Shown piece by piece: positions 1-13,800 of a DNA stretch of 64,000 bases; position 1 is the first letter of the stretch; every line of letters begins with the position of its first letter. The notes below the pieces were generated by a model. It was given only the letters and a program-made list of their open reading frames with translations, ran no database searches and was not told the DNA's origin. A program made the translations under genes and the position numbers. This DNA comes from the human T2T-CHM13v2.0 reference genome, Homo sapiens, in assembly GCF_009914755.1 (NCBI RefSeq), contig NC_060945.1. One strand, 5' to 3'.

Positions 1-1973
1 TGCAATGTATCTCTGCACTGATCACCTAGGTCTTGTAGCTATTTTCTAGGATCTGCCTACAGGGTGCTTTGTGACGGTTCCCAGCAAGGATTACCCAGGT
101 GATGTACCCCTCATCAAGGCTCTGCCTACAGGCACATTGCGATATATCTCTGCACTGATCACCTAGGTCACGTAACTTTTGTCTAGGCTCTACCTACGAT
201 GGTATTGTGACATATCTCTGCACTAATCATCCAAGTGATGTAACACTTGTCTAGGATGTGCCTAAATTAACTTTTTGACATAACCCTGTACTGATCATCC
301 AGGTGATGGGGATTTTGTCTAGGCTCTGCCTAAGGGGGCATTGTGACATATTTCTGCATTGATCACCCAGGTGGCGAACTCTTCTCTCGGATCTGCCTAT
401 GGGGGCATTGTGAGAAATCTCTGCACTGATCACCCAGGTGATGTAACTGTTGTGCAACCTCTGCCTACAGGGGAATTGTGAGAGATCTCCCCACTGATTA
501 CCCAAGTGATGTAACCATTGTCTACGCTTTGCGTACAGGGGGCTTTGTGACATACCTTTGCACTGATCAACCAGGTGATGTAACACATCTAAGTTCGGCC
601 TAAAGGAGCTTTGTGACACATCTCTGCAGTGATCACTTAGGTGATGTAACACTTTTATAATCACTGCCTACAGGGAATTTTGACAAATCTCTGCACTGAT
701 CACCTAGGTGATGTAACTCTAGTCTACCCTCTGTCCAACGGGGCATTGTGAAATATCTCAGGTCTGAACACCCAGGTGATTCAACTCTTGACTAGAAACT
801 GCCTACAGAGGTTATTGTGAAATAACTCTGCACTGATAAACTAGGTGGTGTAACCCTTGTCCAAGCTCTGCCTACAGGGGCGTTTCCACATATCCCTGAA
901 CTGATGACAAAGGTGATGTAACTCTTGCCTAGGCTTTGCCTACAGGGGCATTGGACATGTATCTCCACTGATCACCCAGGTGATGCAACTCTTGCCTAGG
1001 CTTTGCCTACAGGGGACACTGTGACATATCTCTTCAATGATCACTCATGTGATGCATCTCTTGCCTAGGCTTTGCCAACAGGGGACATTGTGACATATCT
1101 CTGCACTGATCTCCCTGGTACTGTAACTTTAGTCTAGGCTCTGGCTACACGGCAATGTGACATATCACTGCACTGATCAACCAGGTGATATAACTCTTGT
1201 ATAGGTTCCGCCTACAGGGGGCTTGTGACCTACCTCTGCACTGATCACCCAGGTGATATAACTCTTCTCTAGGATCTGCCTACAGGGTGCTTTGTGACAT
1301 ATCCCTGCACTGATCACCCAGGTGACCTAACTCTGGTCTAAGCTCTGCCTAAAGGGGCATTGTGACAGATCTCTGCACTGATCACTCAGGTGATGTAAGT
1401 ATTGTCTAGGCTCTGCTTAAAGGGGACTTGTCACATATCCCTGCACTGATCACCCAGGTGATGTAACTCTTGTCTAGGCTCTGCTTCCAGGGCATATTGT
1501 GACATAACTATGCACTGATCACCTTAGTGATTTAACACTTGTGTAGGCTCGGCCTACAGAGGAATCTTGACATATCTCTGCACTGTTAAACGAGGTGATT
1601 TAACTCTTGTCTAGGCTGTGCCCACAGGGGGATTGAGACATATCTCTGCACTGATTCCGAGGTGATCCAACTCTTGCCTGGTCTCTGCCTACTGGGGACA
1701 TTGTGACATATCTCTGCACTGATCTCCCAGGTGATGTAAATTTTGTCTAGGCTCTGGCTACACGGCATTGTGACTTATCACTGCACTGATCACCCAGGCG
1801 ATACAACTCTTGTCTAGGCTCTGCCTACAATGGTCTTGTGACATATCTCTGCACTGATCACCCAGGTGATATAACTCTTCTCTAGGATCTGACCACGGGG
1901 TGCTTTGTGACATATCCCTGCAATGATCACCCAGGTGATATACCACTTGCCAAGGCTCTGCTTACAGGGGCAT
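1..1973. repeat. Representative 29-monomer HOR unit (1973 bp, subfamily A)
   Basis: TGCAATGTATCTCTGCACTGATCACCTAGG starts at 1, 1974, 3947, 5919. I counted 29 TGATCAC-like cores between 1 and 1973 (29 x 68 = 1972). The homologous 137-aa ORF recurs at 251, 2224, 4197, 6169. Confidence 0.95.
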
Positions 1974-4900
1974 TGCAATGTATCTCTGCACTGATCACCT
2001 AGGCCTTGTAGCTATTTTCTAGCATCTGCCTACAGGGTGCTTTGTGACGGGTCCCAGCAAGGATTACCCAGGTGATGTACCTCTCATCAAGGCTCTGCCT
2101 ACAGGCACATTGCGATATATCTCTGCACTGATCACCTAGGTCATGTAACTTTTGTCTAGGCTCTACCTACGATGGTATTGTGACATATCTCTGCACCAAT
2201 CATCCAAGTGATGTAACACTTGTCTAGGATGTGCCTAAATTACCTTTTTGACATAACCCTGTACTGATCATCCAGGTGATGGGGCTTTTGTCTAGGCTCT
2301 GCCTAAGGTGGCATTGTGACATATTTCTGCATTGATCACCCAGGTGGCGAACTCTTCTCTCGGATCTGCCTATGGGGGCATTGTGAGAAATCTCTGCACT
2401 GATCACCCAGGTGATGTAACTGTTGTGTAACCTTTGCCTACAGGGGAATTGTGAGAGAACTCGCCACTGTTTACCCAAGTGATGTAACCATTGTCTAGGC
2501 TTTGCGTACAGGGGTCTTTGTGACATACCTTTGCACTGATCACCCAGGTGATGTAACACATCTAAGTTCGGACTAAAGGAGCTTTGTGACACATCTCTGC
2601 ACTGATCACTTAGGTGATGTAACACTTTTATAATCACTGCCTACAGGGAATTTTGACAAATCTCTGCACTGATCACCTAGGTGATGTAACTCTTGTCTAC
2701 CCTCTCTCCAACGGGGCATTGTGAAATATCTCAGCACTGAACACCCAGGTGATTCAAATCTTGACTAGGAACTGCCTACAGAGGTTATTGTGAAATATCT
2801 CTGCACTGGTAAACTAGGTGGTGTAACCCTTGTCCAAGCTCTGCCTACAGGGGCGTTTCCACATATCCCTGAACTGATGACAAAGGTGATGTAACTCTTG
2901 CCTAGGCTTTGCCTACAGGGGCATTGGACATATATCTGCACTGATCACCCAGGTGATGCAACTGTTGCCTAGGCTTTGCCTACAGGGGACACTGTGTCAT
3001 ATCTCTTCAATGATCACTCATGTGATGCATCTCTTGCCTAGGCTTTGCCAACAGGGGACATTGTGACATATCTCTGCACTGATCTCCCTGGTACTGTAAC
3101 TTTAGTCTAGGCTCTGTCTACACGGCATTGTGACATATCACTGCACTGATCAACCAGGTGATATAACTCTTGTATAGGCTCTGCCTACAGGGGGATTGTG
3201 ACCTACATCTGCACTGATCACCCAGGTGATATAACTCTTCTCTAGGATCTGCCTACAGGGTGCTTTGTGTCATATCCCTGCACTGATCACCCAGGTGACC
3301 TAACTCTGGTCTAAGCTCTGGCTAAAGGGGCATTGTGACAGATCTCTGCACTGATCACTCAGGTGATGTAACTATTGTCTAGGCTCTGCTTAAAGGGACC
3401 TAGTCACATATCCCTGCACTGATCACCCAGGTGATGTAACTCTTGTCTAGGCTCTGCTTCCAGGGAATATTGTGACATAACTATGCACTGATCACCTTAG
3501 TGATGTAACACTTGTGTAGGCTCGGCCTACAGAGGAATCTTGACATATCTCTGCACTGTTAAACGAGGTGATTTAACTCTTGTCTAGGCTGTGCCCACAG
3601 GGGGATTGAGACATATCTCTGCACTGATCCCGAGGTGATCCAACTCTTGCCTGGTCTCTGCCTACTGGGGACATTGTGACATATCTCTGCACTGATCTCC
3701 CAGGTGCTGTAAATTTTGTCTAGGCTCTGGCTACACGGCATTGTGACTTATCACTGCACTGATCACCCAGGCGATACAACTCTTGTCTAGGCTCTGCCTA
3801 CAATGGTCTTGTGACATATCTCTGCACTGATCACCCAGGTGATATAACTCTTCTCTAGGATCTGACCACGGGGTGCTTTGTGACATATCCCTGCAATGAT
3901 CACCCAGGTGATATACCACTTGCCAAGGCTCTGCTTACAGGGGCATTGCAATGTATCTCTGCACTGATCACCTAGGTCTTGTAGCTATTTTCTAGGATCT
4001 GCCTACAGGGTGCTTTGTGACGGGTCCCAGCAAGGATTACCCAGGTGATGTACCTCCCATCAAGGTTCTGCCTACAGGCACATTGCGATATATCTCTGCA
4101 CTGATCACCTAGGTCACGTAACTTTTGTCTAGGCTCTACCTCCGATGGTATTGTGACATATCTCTGCACTAATCATCCAAGTGATGTAACACTTGTCTAG
4201 GATGTGCCTAAATTAACTTTTTGACATAACCCTGTACTGATCATCCAGGTGATGGGGCTTTTGTCTAGGCTCTGCCTAAGGGGGCATTGTGACATATTTC
4301 TGCATTGATCACCCAGGTGGCGAACTCTTCTCTCGGATCTGCCTATGGGGGCATTGTGAGAAATCTCTGCACTGATCACCCAGGTGATGTAACTGTTGTG
4401 TAACCTCTGCCTACAGGGGAATTGTGAGAGATCTCCCCACTGATTACCCAAGTGATGTAACCATTGTCTAGGCTTTGCGTACAGGGGGCTTTGTGACATA
4501 CCTTTGCACTGATCAACCAGGTGATGTAACACATCTAAGTTCGGCCTAAAGAGCTTTGTGACACATCTCTGCACTGATCACTTAGGTGATGTAACACTTT
4601 TATAATCACTGCCTACAGGGAATTTTGACAAATCTCTGCACTGATCACCTAGGTGATGTAACTCTTGTCTACCCTCTGTCCAACGGGGCATTGTGAAATA
4701 TCTCAGCACTGAACACCCAGGTGATTCAACTCTTGATTAGGAACTGCCTACAGAGGTTATTGTGAAATATCTCTGCACTGATAAACTAGGTGGTGTAACC
4801 CTTGTCCAAGCTCTGCCTACAGGGGCGTTTCCACATATCCCTGAACTGATGACAAAGGTGATGTAACTCTTGTCTAGGCTTTGCCTACAGGGGCATTGGA

Positions 4901-5918
4901 CATATATCTGCACTGATCACCCAGGTGATGCAACTCTTGCCTAGGCTTTGCCTACAGGGGACACTGTGACATATCTCTTCAATGATCACTCATGTGATGC
5001 ATCTCTTGCCTAGGCTTTGCCAACAGGGGACATTGGGACATATCTCTCCACTGATCTCCCTGGTACTGTAACTTTAGTCTAGGCTCTGGCTACACGGCAT
5101 TGTGACATATCACTGCACTGATCAACCAGGTGATATAACTCTTGTATAGGCTCTGCCTACAGGGGGCTTGTGACCTACCTCTGCACTGATCACCCATGTG
5201 ATATAACTCTCCTCTAGGATCTGCCTACAGGGTGCTTTGGGACATATCCCTGCACTGATCACCCAGGTGACCTAACTCTGGTCTAAGCTCTGCCTAAAGG
5301 GGCATTGTGACAGATCTCTGCACTGATCACTCAGGTGATGTAACTATTGTCTAGGCTCTGCTTAAAGGGGCCTTGTCACATATCCCTGCACTGATCACCC
5401 AGGTGATGCAACTCTTGTCTAGGCTCTGCTTCCAGGGAATATTGTGACATAACTATGCACTGATCACCTTAGTGATGTAACACTTGTGTAGGCTCGGCCT
5501 ACAGAGGAATCTTGACATATCTCTGCACTGTTAAACGAGGTGATTTAACTCTTGTCTAGGCTGTGCCCACAGGGGGATTGAGACATATCTCTGCACTGAT
5601 CCCGAGGTGATCCAACTCTTGCCTGGTCTCTGCCTACTGGGGACATTGTGACATATCTCTGCACTGATCTCCCAGGTGCTGTAAATTTTGTCTAGGCTCT
5701 GGCTACATGGCATTGAGACTTATCACTGCACTGATCACCCAGGCGATACAACTCTTGTCTAGGCTCTGCCTACAATGGTCTTGTGACATATCTCTGCACT
5801 GATCACCCAGGTGATATAACTCTTCTCTAGGATCTGACCACGGGGTGCTTTGTGACATATCCCTGCAATGATCACCCATGTGATATACCACTTGCCAAGG
5901 CTCTGCTTACAGGGGCAT

Positions 5919-7823
5919 TGCAATGTATCTCTGCACTGATCACCTAGGTCTTGTAGCTATTTTCTAGGATCTGCCTACAGGGTGCTTTGTGACGGTTCCC
6001 AGCAAGGATTACCCAGGTGATGTACCCCTCATCAAGGCTCTGCCTACAGGCACATTGCGATATATCTCTGCACTGATCACCTAGGTCACGTAACTTTTGT
6101 CTAGGCTCTACCTACGATGGTATTGTGACATATCTCTGCACTAATCATCCAAGTGATGTAACACTTGTCTAGGATGTGCCTAAATTAACTTTTTGACATA
6201 ACCCTGTACTGATCATCCAGGTGATGGGGATTTTGTCTAGGCTCTGCCTAAGGGGGCATTGTGACATATTTCTGCATTGATCACCCAGGTGGCGAACTCT
6301 TCTCTCGGATCTGCCTATGGGGGCATTGTGAGAAATCTCTGCACTGATCACCCAGGTGATGTAACTGTTGTGTAACCTCTGCCTACAGGGGAATTGTGAG
6401 AGATCTCCCCACTGATTACCCAAGTGATGTAACCATTGTCTAGGCTTTGCGTACAGGGGGCTTTGTGACATACCTTTGCACTGATCAACCAGGTGATGTA
6501 ACACATCTAAGTTCGGCCTAAAGGAGCTTTGTGACACATCTCTGCAGTGATCACTTAGGTGATGTAACACTTTTATAATCACTGCCTACAGGGAATTTTG
6601 ACAAATCTCTGCACTGATCACCTAGGTGATGTAACTCTTGTCTACCCTCTGTCCAACGGGGCATTTTGAAATATCTCAGGACTGAACACCCAGGTGATTC
6701 AACTCTTGACTAGGAACTGCCTACAGAGGTTATTGTGAAATAACTCTGCACTGATAAACTAGGTGGTGTAACCCTTGTCCAAGCTCTGCCTACAGGGGCG
6801 TTTCCACATATCCCTGAACTGATGACAAAGGTGATGTAACTCTTGCCTAGGCTTTGCCTACAGGGGCATTGGACATGTATCTGCACTGATCACCCAGGTG
6901 ATGAAACTCTTGCCTAGGCTTTGCCTACAGGGGACACTGTGACATATCTCTTCAATGATCACTCATGTGATGCATCTCTTGCCTAGGCTTTGCCAACAGG
7001 GGACATTGTGACATATCTCTGCACTGATCTCCCTGGTACTGTAACTTTAGTCTAGGCTCTGGCTACACGGCAATGTGACATATCACTGCACTGATCAACC
7101 AGGTGATATAACTCTTCTCTAGGATCTGCCTACAGGGTGCTTTGTGACATATCCCTGCACTGATCACCCAGGTGACCTAACTCTGGTCTAAGCTCTGCCT
7201 AAAGGGGCATTGTGACAGATCTCTGCACTGATCACTCAGGTGATGTAAGTATTGTCTAGGCTCTGCTTAAAGGGGCCTTGTCACATATCCCTGCACTGAT
7301 CACCCAGGTGATGTAACTCTTGTCTAGGCTCTGCTTCCAGGGCATATTGTGACATAACTATGCACTGATCACCTTAGTGATTTAACACTTGTGTAGGCTC
7401 GGCCTACAGAGGAATCTTGACATATCTCTGCACTGTTAAACGAGGTGATTTAACTCTTGTCTAGGCTGTGCCCACAGGGGGATTGAGACATATCTCTGCA
7501 CTGATTCCGAGGTGATCCAACTCTTGCCTGGTCTCTGCCTACTGGGGACATTGTGACATATCTCTGCACTGATCTCCCAGGTGCTGTAAATTTTGTCTAG
7601 GCTCTGGCTACACGGCATTGTGACTTATCACTGCACTGATCACCCAGGCGATACAACTCTTGTCTAGGCTCTGCCTACAATGGTCTTGTGACATATCTCT
7701 GCACTGATCACCCAGGTGATATAACTCTTCTCTAGGATCTGACCACGGGGTGCTTTGTGACATATCCCTGCAATGATCACCCAGGTGATATACCACTTGC
7801 CAAGGCTCTGCTTACAGGGGCAT
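5919..7823. repeat. 28-mer HOR variant (1905 bp; one monomer deleted near 7099-7116)
   Basis: ORF spacing 6169 to 8074 is 1905. CTGATCAACCAGGTGATATAACTCTT is followed directly by CTCTAGGATC, skipping the GTATAGG...GACCTACC monomer. Confidence 0.9.
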
Positions 7824-10800
7824 TGCAATGTATCTCTGCACTGATCACCTAGGTCTTGTAGCTATTTTCTAGGATCTGCCTACAGGGTGCTTTGTGACGT
7901 GTCCCAGCAAGGATTACCCAGGTGATGTACCTCTCATCAAGGCTCTGCCTACAGGCACATTGCGATATATCTCTGCACTGATAACCTAGGTCACGTAACT
8001 TTTGTCTAGGCTCTACCTACGATGGTATTGTGACATATCTCTGCACTAATCATCCAAGTGATGTAACACTTGTCTAGGATGTGCCTAAATTAACTTTTTG
8101 ACATAACCCTGTACTGATCATCCAGGTGATGGGGCTTTTGTCTAGGCTCTGCCTAAGGGGGCATTGTGACATATTTGTGCATTGATCACCCAGGTGGCGA
8201 ACTCTTCTCTCGGATCTGCCTATGGGGGCATTGTGAGAAATCTCTGCACTGATCACCCAGGTGATGTAACTGTTGTGTAACCTCTGCCTACAGGGGAATT
8301 GTGAGAGATCTCGCCACTGATTACCCAAGTGATGTAACCATTGTCTAGGATTTGCGTACAGGGTGCTTTGTGACATACCTTTGCACTGATCACCCAGGTG
8401 ATGTAACACATCTAAGTTCGGCCTAAAGGAGCTTTGTGACACATCTCTGCACTGATCACTTAGGTGATGTAACACTTTTATAATCACTGCCTACAGGGAA
8501 TTTTGACAAATCTCTGCACTGATCACCTAGGTGATGTAACTCTTGTCTACCTTCTGTCCAACGGGGCATTGTGAAATATCTCAGCACTGAACACCCAGGT
8601 GATTCAACTATTGACTAGGAACTGCCTACAGAGGTTATTGTGAAATATCTCTGCACTGATAAACTAGGTGGTGTAACCCTTGTCCAAGCTCTGCCTACAG
8701 GGGCGTTTCCACATATCCCTGAACTGATGATAAAGGTCATGTAACTCTTGCCTAGGCTTTGCCTACAGGGGCATTGGACATATATCTGCACTGATCACCG
8801 AGGTGATGCAACTCTTGCCTAGGATTTGCCTACAGGGGACACTGTGACATATCTCTTCAATGATCACTCATGTGATGCATCTCTTGCCTAGGCTTTGCCA
8901 ACAGGGGACATTGGGACATATCTCTGCACTGATCTCCCTGGTACAGTAACTTTAGTCTAGGCTCTGGCTACACGGCATTGTGACATATCACTGCACTGAT
9001 CAACCAGGTGATATAACTCTTGTATAGGCTCTGCCTACAGGGGGATTGTGACCTACCTCTGCACTGATCACCCAGGTGATATAACTCTCCTCTAGGATCT
9101 GCCTACAGGGTGCTTTGGGACATATCCCTGCACTGATCACCCAGGTGACCTAACTCTGGTCTAAGCTCTGCCTAAAGGGGCATTGTGACAGATCTCTGCA
9201 CTGATTACTCAGGTGATGTAACTATTGTCTAGGCTCTGCTTAAAGGGGCCTTGTCACATATCCCTGCACTGATCACCCAGGTGATGTAACTCTTGTCTAG
9301 GCTCTGCTTCCAGGGCATATTGTGACATAACTATGCACTGATCACCTTAGTGATGTAACACTTGTGTAGGCTCGGCCTACAGAGGAATCTTGACATATCT
9401 CTGCACTGTAAAACGAGGTGACTTAACTCTTGTGTAGGCTGTGCCCACAGGGGGATTGAGACATATCTCTGCACTGATCCCGAGGTGATCCAACTCTTGC
9501 CTGGTCTCTGCCTACTGGGGACATTGTGACATATCTCTGCACTGATCTCCCAGGTGCTGTAAATTTTGTCTAGGCTCTGGCTACACGGCATTGTGACTTA
9601 TCACTGCACTGATCACCCAGGCGATACAACTCTTGTCTAGGCTCTGCCTACAATGGTCTTGTGACATATCTCTGCACTGATCACCCAGGTGATATAACTC
9701 TTCTCTAGGATCTGACCACGGGGTGCTTTGTGACATATCCCTGCAATGATCACCCAGGTGATATACCACTTGCCAAGGCTCTGCTTACAGGGGCATTGCA
9801 ATGTATCTCTGCACTGATCACCTAGGTCTTGTAGCTATTTTCTAGGATCTGCCTACAGGGTGCTTTGTGACGTGTCCCAGCAAGGATTACCCAGGTGATG
9901 TAGCTCTCATCAAGGCTCTGCCTACAGGCACATTGCGATATATCTCTGCACTGATAACCTAGGTCACGTAACTTTTGTCTAGGCTCTACCTACGATGGTA
10001 TTGTGACATATCTCTGCACTAATCATCCAAGTGATGTAACACTTGTCTAGGATGTGCCTAAATTAACTTTTTGACATAACCCTGTACTGATCATCCAGGT
10101 GATGGGGCTTTTGTCTAGGCTCTGCCTAAGGGGGCATTGTGACATATTTCTGCATTGATCACCCAGGTGGCGAACTCTTCTCTCGGATCTGCCTATGGGG
10201 GCATTGTGAGAAATCTCTGCACTGATCACCCAGGTGATGTAACTGTTGTGTAACCTCTGCCTACAGGGGAATTGTGAGAGATCTCGCCACTGATTACCCA
10301 AGTGATGTAACCATTGTCTAGGATTTGCGTACAGGGTGCTTTGTGACATACCTTTGCACTGATCACCCAGGTGATGTAACACATCTAAGTTCGGCCTAAA
10401 GGAGCTTTGTGACACATCTCTGCACTGATCACTTAGGTGATGTAACACTTTTATAATCACTGCCTACAGGGAATTTTGACAAATCTCTGCACTGATCACC
10501 TAGGTGATGTAACTCTTGTCTACCTTCTGTCCAACGGGGCATTGTGAAATATCTCAGCACTGAACACCCAGGTGATTCAACTATTGACTAGTAACTGCCT
10601 ACAGAGGTTATTGTGAAATATCTCTGCACTGATATACTAGGTGGTGTAACCCTTGTCCAAGCTCTGCCTACAGGGGCGTTTCCACATATCCCTGAACTGA
10701 TGACAAAGGTCATGTAACTCTTGCCTAGGCTTTGCCTACAGGGGCATTGGACATATATCTGCACTGATCACCGAGGTGATGCAACTCTTGCCTAGGCTTT

Positions 10801-13800
10801 GCCTACAGGGGACACTGTGACATATCTCTTCGATGATCACTCATGTGATGCATCTCTTGCCTAGGCTTTGCCAACAGGGGACATTGGGACATATCTCTGC
10901 ACTGATCTCCCTGGTACAGTAACTTTAGTCTAGGCTCTGGCTACACGGCATTGTGACATATCACTGCACTGATCAACCAGGTGATATAACTCTTGTATAG
11001 GCTCTGCCTACAGGGGGATTGTGACCTACCTCTGCACTGATCACCCAGGTGATATAACTCTCCTCTAGGATCTGCCTACAGGGTGCTTTGGGACATATCC
11101 CTGCACTGATCACCCAGGAGACCTAACTCTGGTCTAAGCTCTGCCTAAAGGGGCATTGTGACAGATCTCTGCACTGATTACTCAGGTGATGTAACTATTG
11201 TCTAGGCTCTGCTTAAAGGGGCCTTGTCACATATCCCTGCACTGATCACCCAGGTGATGTAACTCTTGTCTAGGCTCTGCTTCCAGGGCATATTGTGACA
11301 TAACTATGCACTGATCACCTTAGTGATGTAACACTTGTGTAGGCTCGGCCTACAGAGGAATCTTGACATATCTCTGCACTGTTAAACGAGGTGACTTAAC
11401 TCTTGTGTAGGCTGTGCCCACAGGGGGATTGAGACATATCTCTGCACTGATCCCGAGGTGATCCAACTCTTGCCTGCTCTCTGCCTACTGGGGACATTGT
11501 GACATATCTCTGCACTGATCTCCCAGGTGCTGTAAATTTTGTCTAGGCTCTGGCTACACGGCATTGTGACTTATCACTGCACTGATCACCCAGGCGATAC
11601 AACTCTTGTCTAGGCTCTGCCTACAAAGGTGTTGTGACATATCTCTGCACTGATCACCCAGGTGATATAACTCTTCTCTAGGATCTGACCACGGGGTGCT
11701 TTGTGACATATCCCTGCAATGATCACCCAGGTGATATACCACTTGCCAAGGCTCTGCTTACAGGGGCATTGCAATGTATCTCTGCACTGATCACCTAGGT
11801 CTTGTAGCTATTTTCTAGGATCTGCCTACAGGGTGCTTTGTGACGGGTCCCAGCAAGGATTACCCAGGTGATGTACCTCTCATCAAGGCTCTGCCTACAG
11901 GCACATTGCGATATATCTCTGCACTGATCACCTAGGTCATGTAACTTTTGTCTAGGCTCTACCTACGATGGCATTGTGACATATCTATGCACTAATCATC
12001 CAAGTGATGTAACACTTGTCAAGGATGTGCCTAAATTAACTTTTTGACATAACCCTGTACTGATCATCCAGGTGATGGGGCTTTTGTCTAGGCTCTGCCT
12101 AAGGGGGCATTGTGACATATTTCTGCATTGATCACCCAGGTGGCGAACTCTTCTCTCGGATCTGCCTATGGGGGCATTGTGAGAAATCTCTGCACTGATC
12201 ACCCAGGTGATGTAACTGTTGTGTAACCTCTGCCTACAGGGGAATTGTGAGAGATCTCGCCACTGATTACCCAAGTGATGTAACCATTGTCTAGGATTTG
12301 CGTACAGGGTGCTTTGTGACATACCTTTGCACTGATCACCCAGGTGATGTAACACATCTAAGTTCGGCCTAAAGGAGCTTTGTGACACATCTCTGCACTG
12401 ATCACTTAGGTGATGTAACACTTTTATAATCACTGCCTACAGGGAATTTTGACAAATCTCTGCACTGATCACCTAGGTGATGTAACTCTTTTGTACCTTC
12501 TGTCCAACGGGGCATTGTGAAATATCTCAGCACTGAACACCCAGGTGATTCAACTCTTGACTAGGAACTGCCTACAGAGGTTATTGTGAAATATCTCTGC
12601 ACTGATAAACTAGGTGGTGTAACCCTTGTCCAAGCTCTGCCTACAGGGGCGTTTCCACATATCCCTGAACTGATGACAAAGGTGATGTAACTCTTGCCTA
12701 GGCTTTGCCTACAGGGGCATTGGACATATATCTGCACTGATCACCGAGGTGATGCAACTCTTGCCTAGGCTTTGCCTACAGGGGACACTGTGACATATCT
12801 CTTCGATGATCACTCATGTGATGCATCTCTTGCCTAGGCTTTGCCAACAGGGGACATTGGGACATAACTCTGCACTGATCTCCCTGGTACAGTAACTTTA
12901 GTCTAGGCTCTGGCTACACGGCATTGTGACATATCACTGCACTGATCAACCAGGTGATATAACTCTTGTATAGGCTCTGCCTACAGGGGGATTGTGACCT
13001 ACCTCTGCACTGATCACCCAGGTGATATAACTCTCCTCTAGGATCTGCCTACAGGGTGCTTTGGGACATATCCCTGCACTGATCACCCAGGAGACCTAAC
13101 TCTGGTCTAAGCTCTGCCTAAAGGGGCATTGTGACAGATCTCTGCACTGATTACTCAGGTGATGTAACTATTGTCTAGGCTCTGCTTAAAGGGGCCTTGT
13201 CACATATCCCTGCACTGATCACCCAGGTGATGTAACTCTTGTCTAGGCTCTGCTTCCAGGGCATATTGTGACATAACTATGCACTGATCACCTTAGTGAT
13301 GTAACACTTGTGTAGGCTCGGCCTACAGAGGAATCTTGACATATCTCTGCACTGTTAAACGAGGTGACTTAACTCTTGTGTAGGCTGTGCCCACAGGGGG
13401 ATTGAGACATATCTCTGCACTGATCCCGAGGTGATCCAACTCTTGCCTGGTCTCTGCCTACTGGGGACATTGTGACATATCTCTGCACTGATCTCCCAGG
13501 TGCTGTAAATTTTGTCTAGGCTCTGGCTACACGGCATTGTGACTTATCACTGCACTGATCACCCAGGCGATACAACTCTTGTCTAGGCTCTGCCTACAAT
13601 GGTCTTGTGACATATCTCTGCACTGATCACCCAGGTGATATAACTCTTCTCTAGGATCTGACCACGGGGTGCTTTGTGACATATCCCTGCAATGATCACC
13701 CAGGTGATATACCACTTGTCAAGGCTCTGCTTACAGGGGCATTGCAATGTATCTCTGCACTGATCACCTAGGTCTTGTAGCTATTTTCTAGGATCTGCCT

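Noticed and set aside
699-712. ATCACCTAGGTGAT resembles the T-box palindrome TCACACCTAGGTGTGA
   Set aside because: It lacks the GTGTGA half-site geometry and arises from a single C>T change in the consensus dyad, so the resemblance is probably coincidental.
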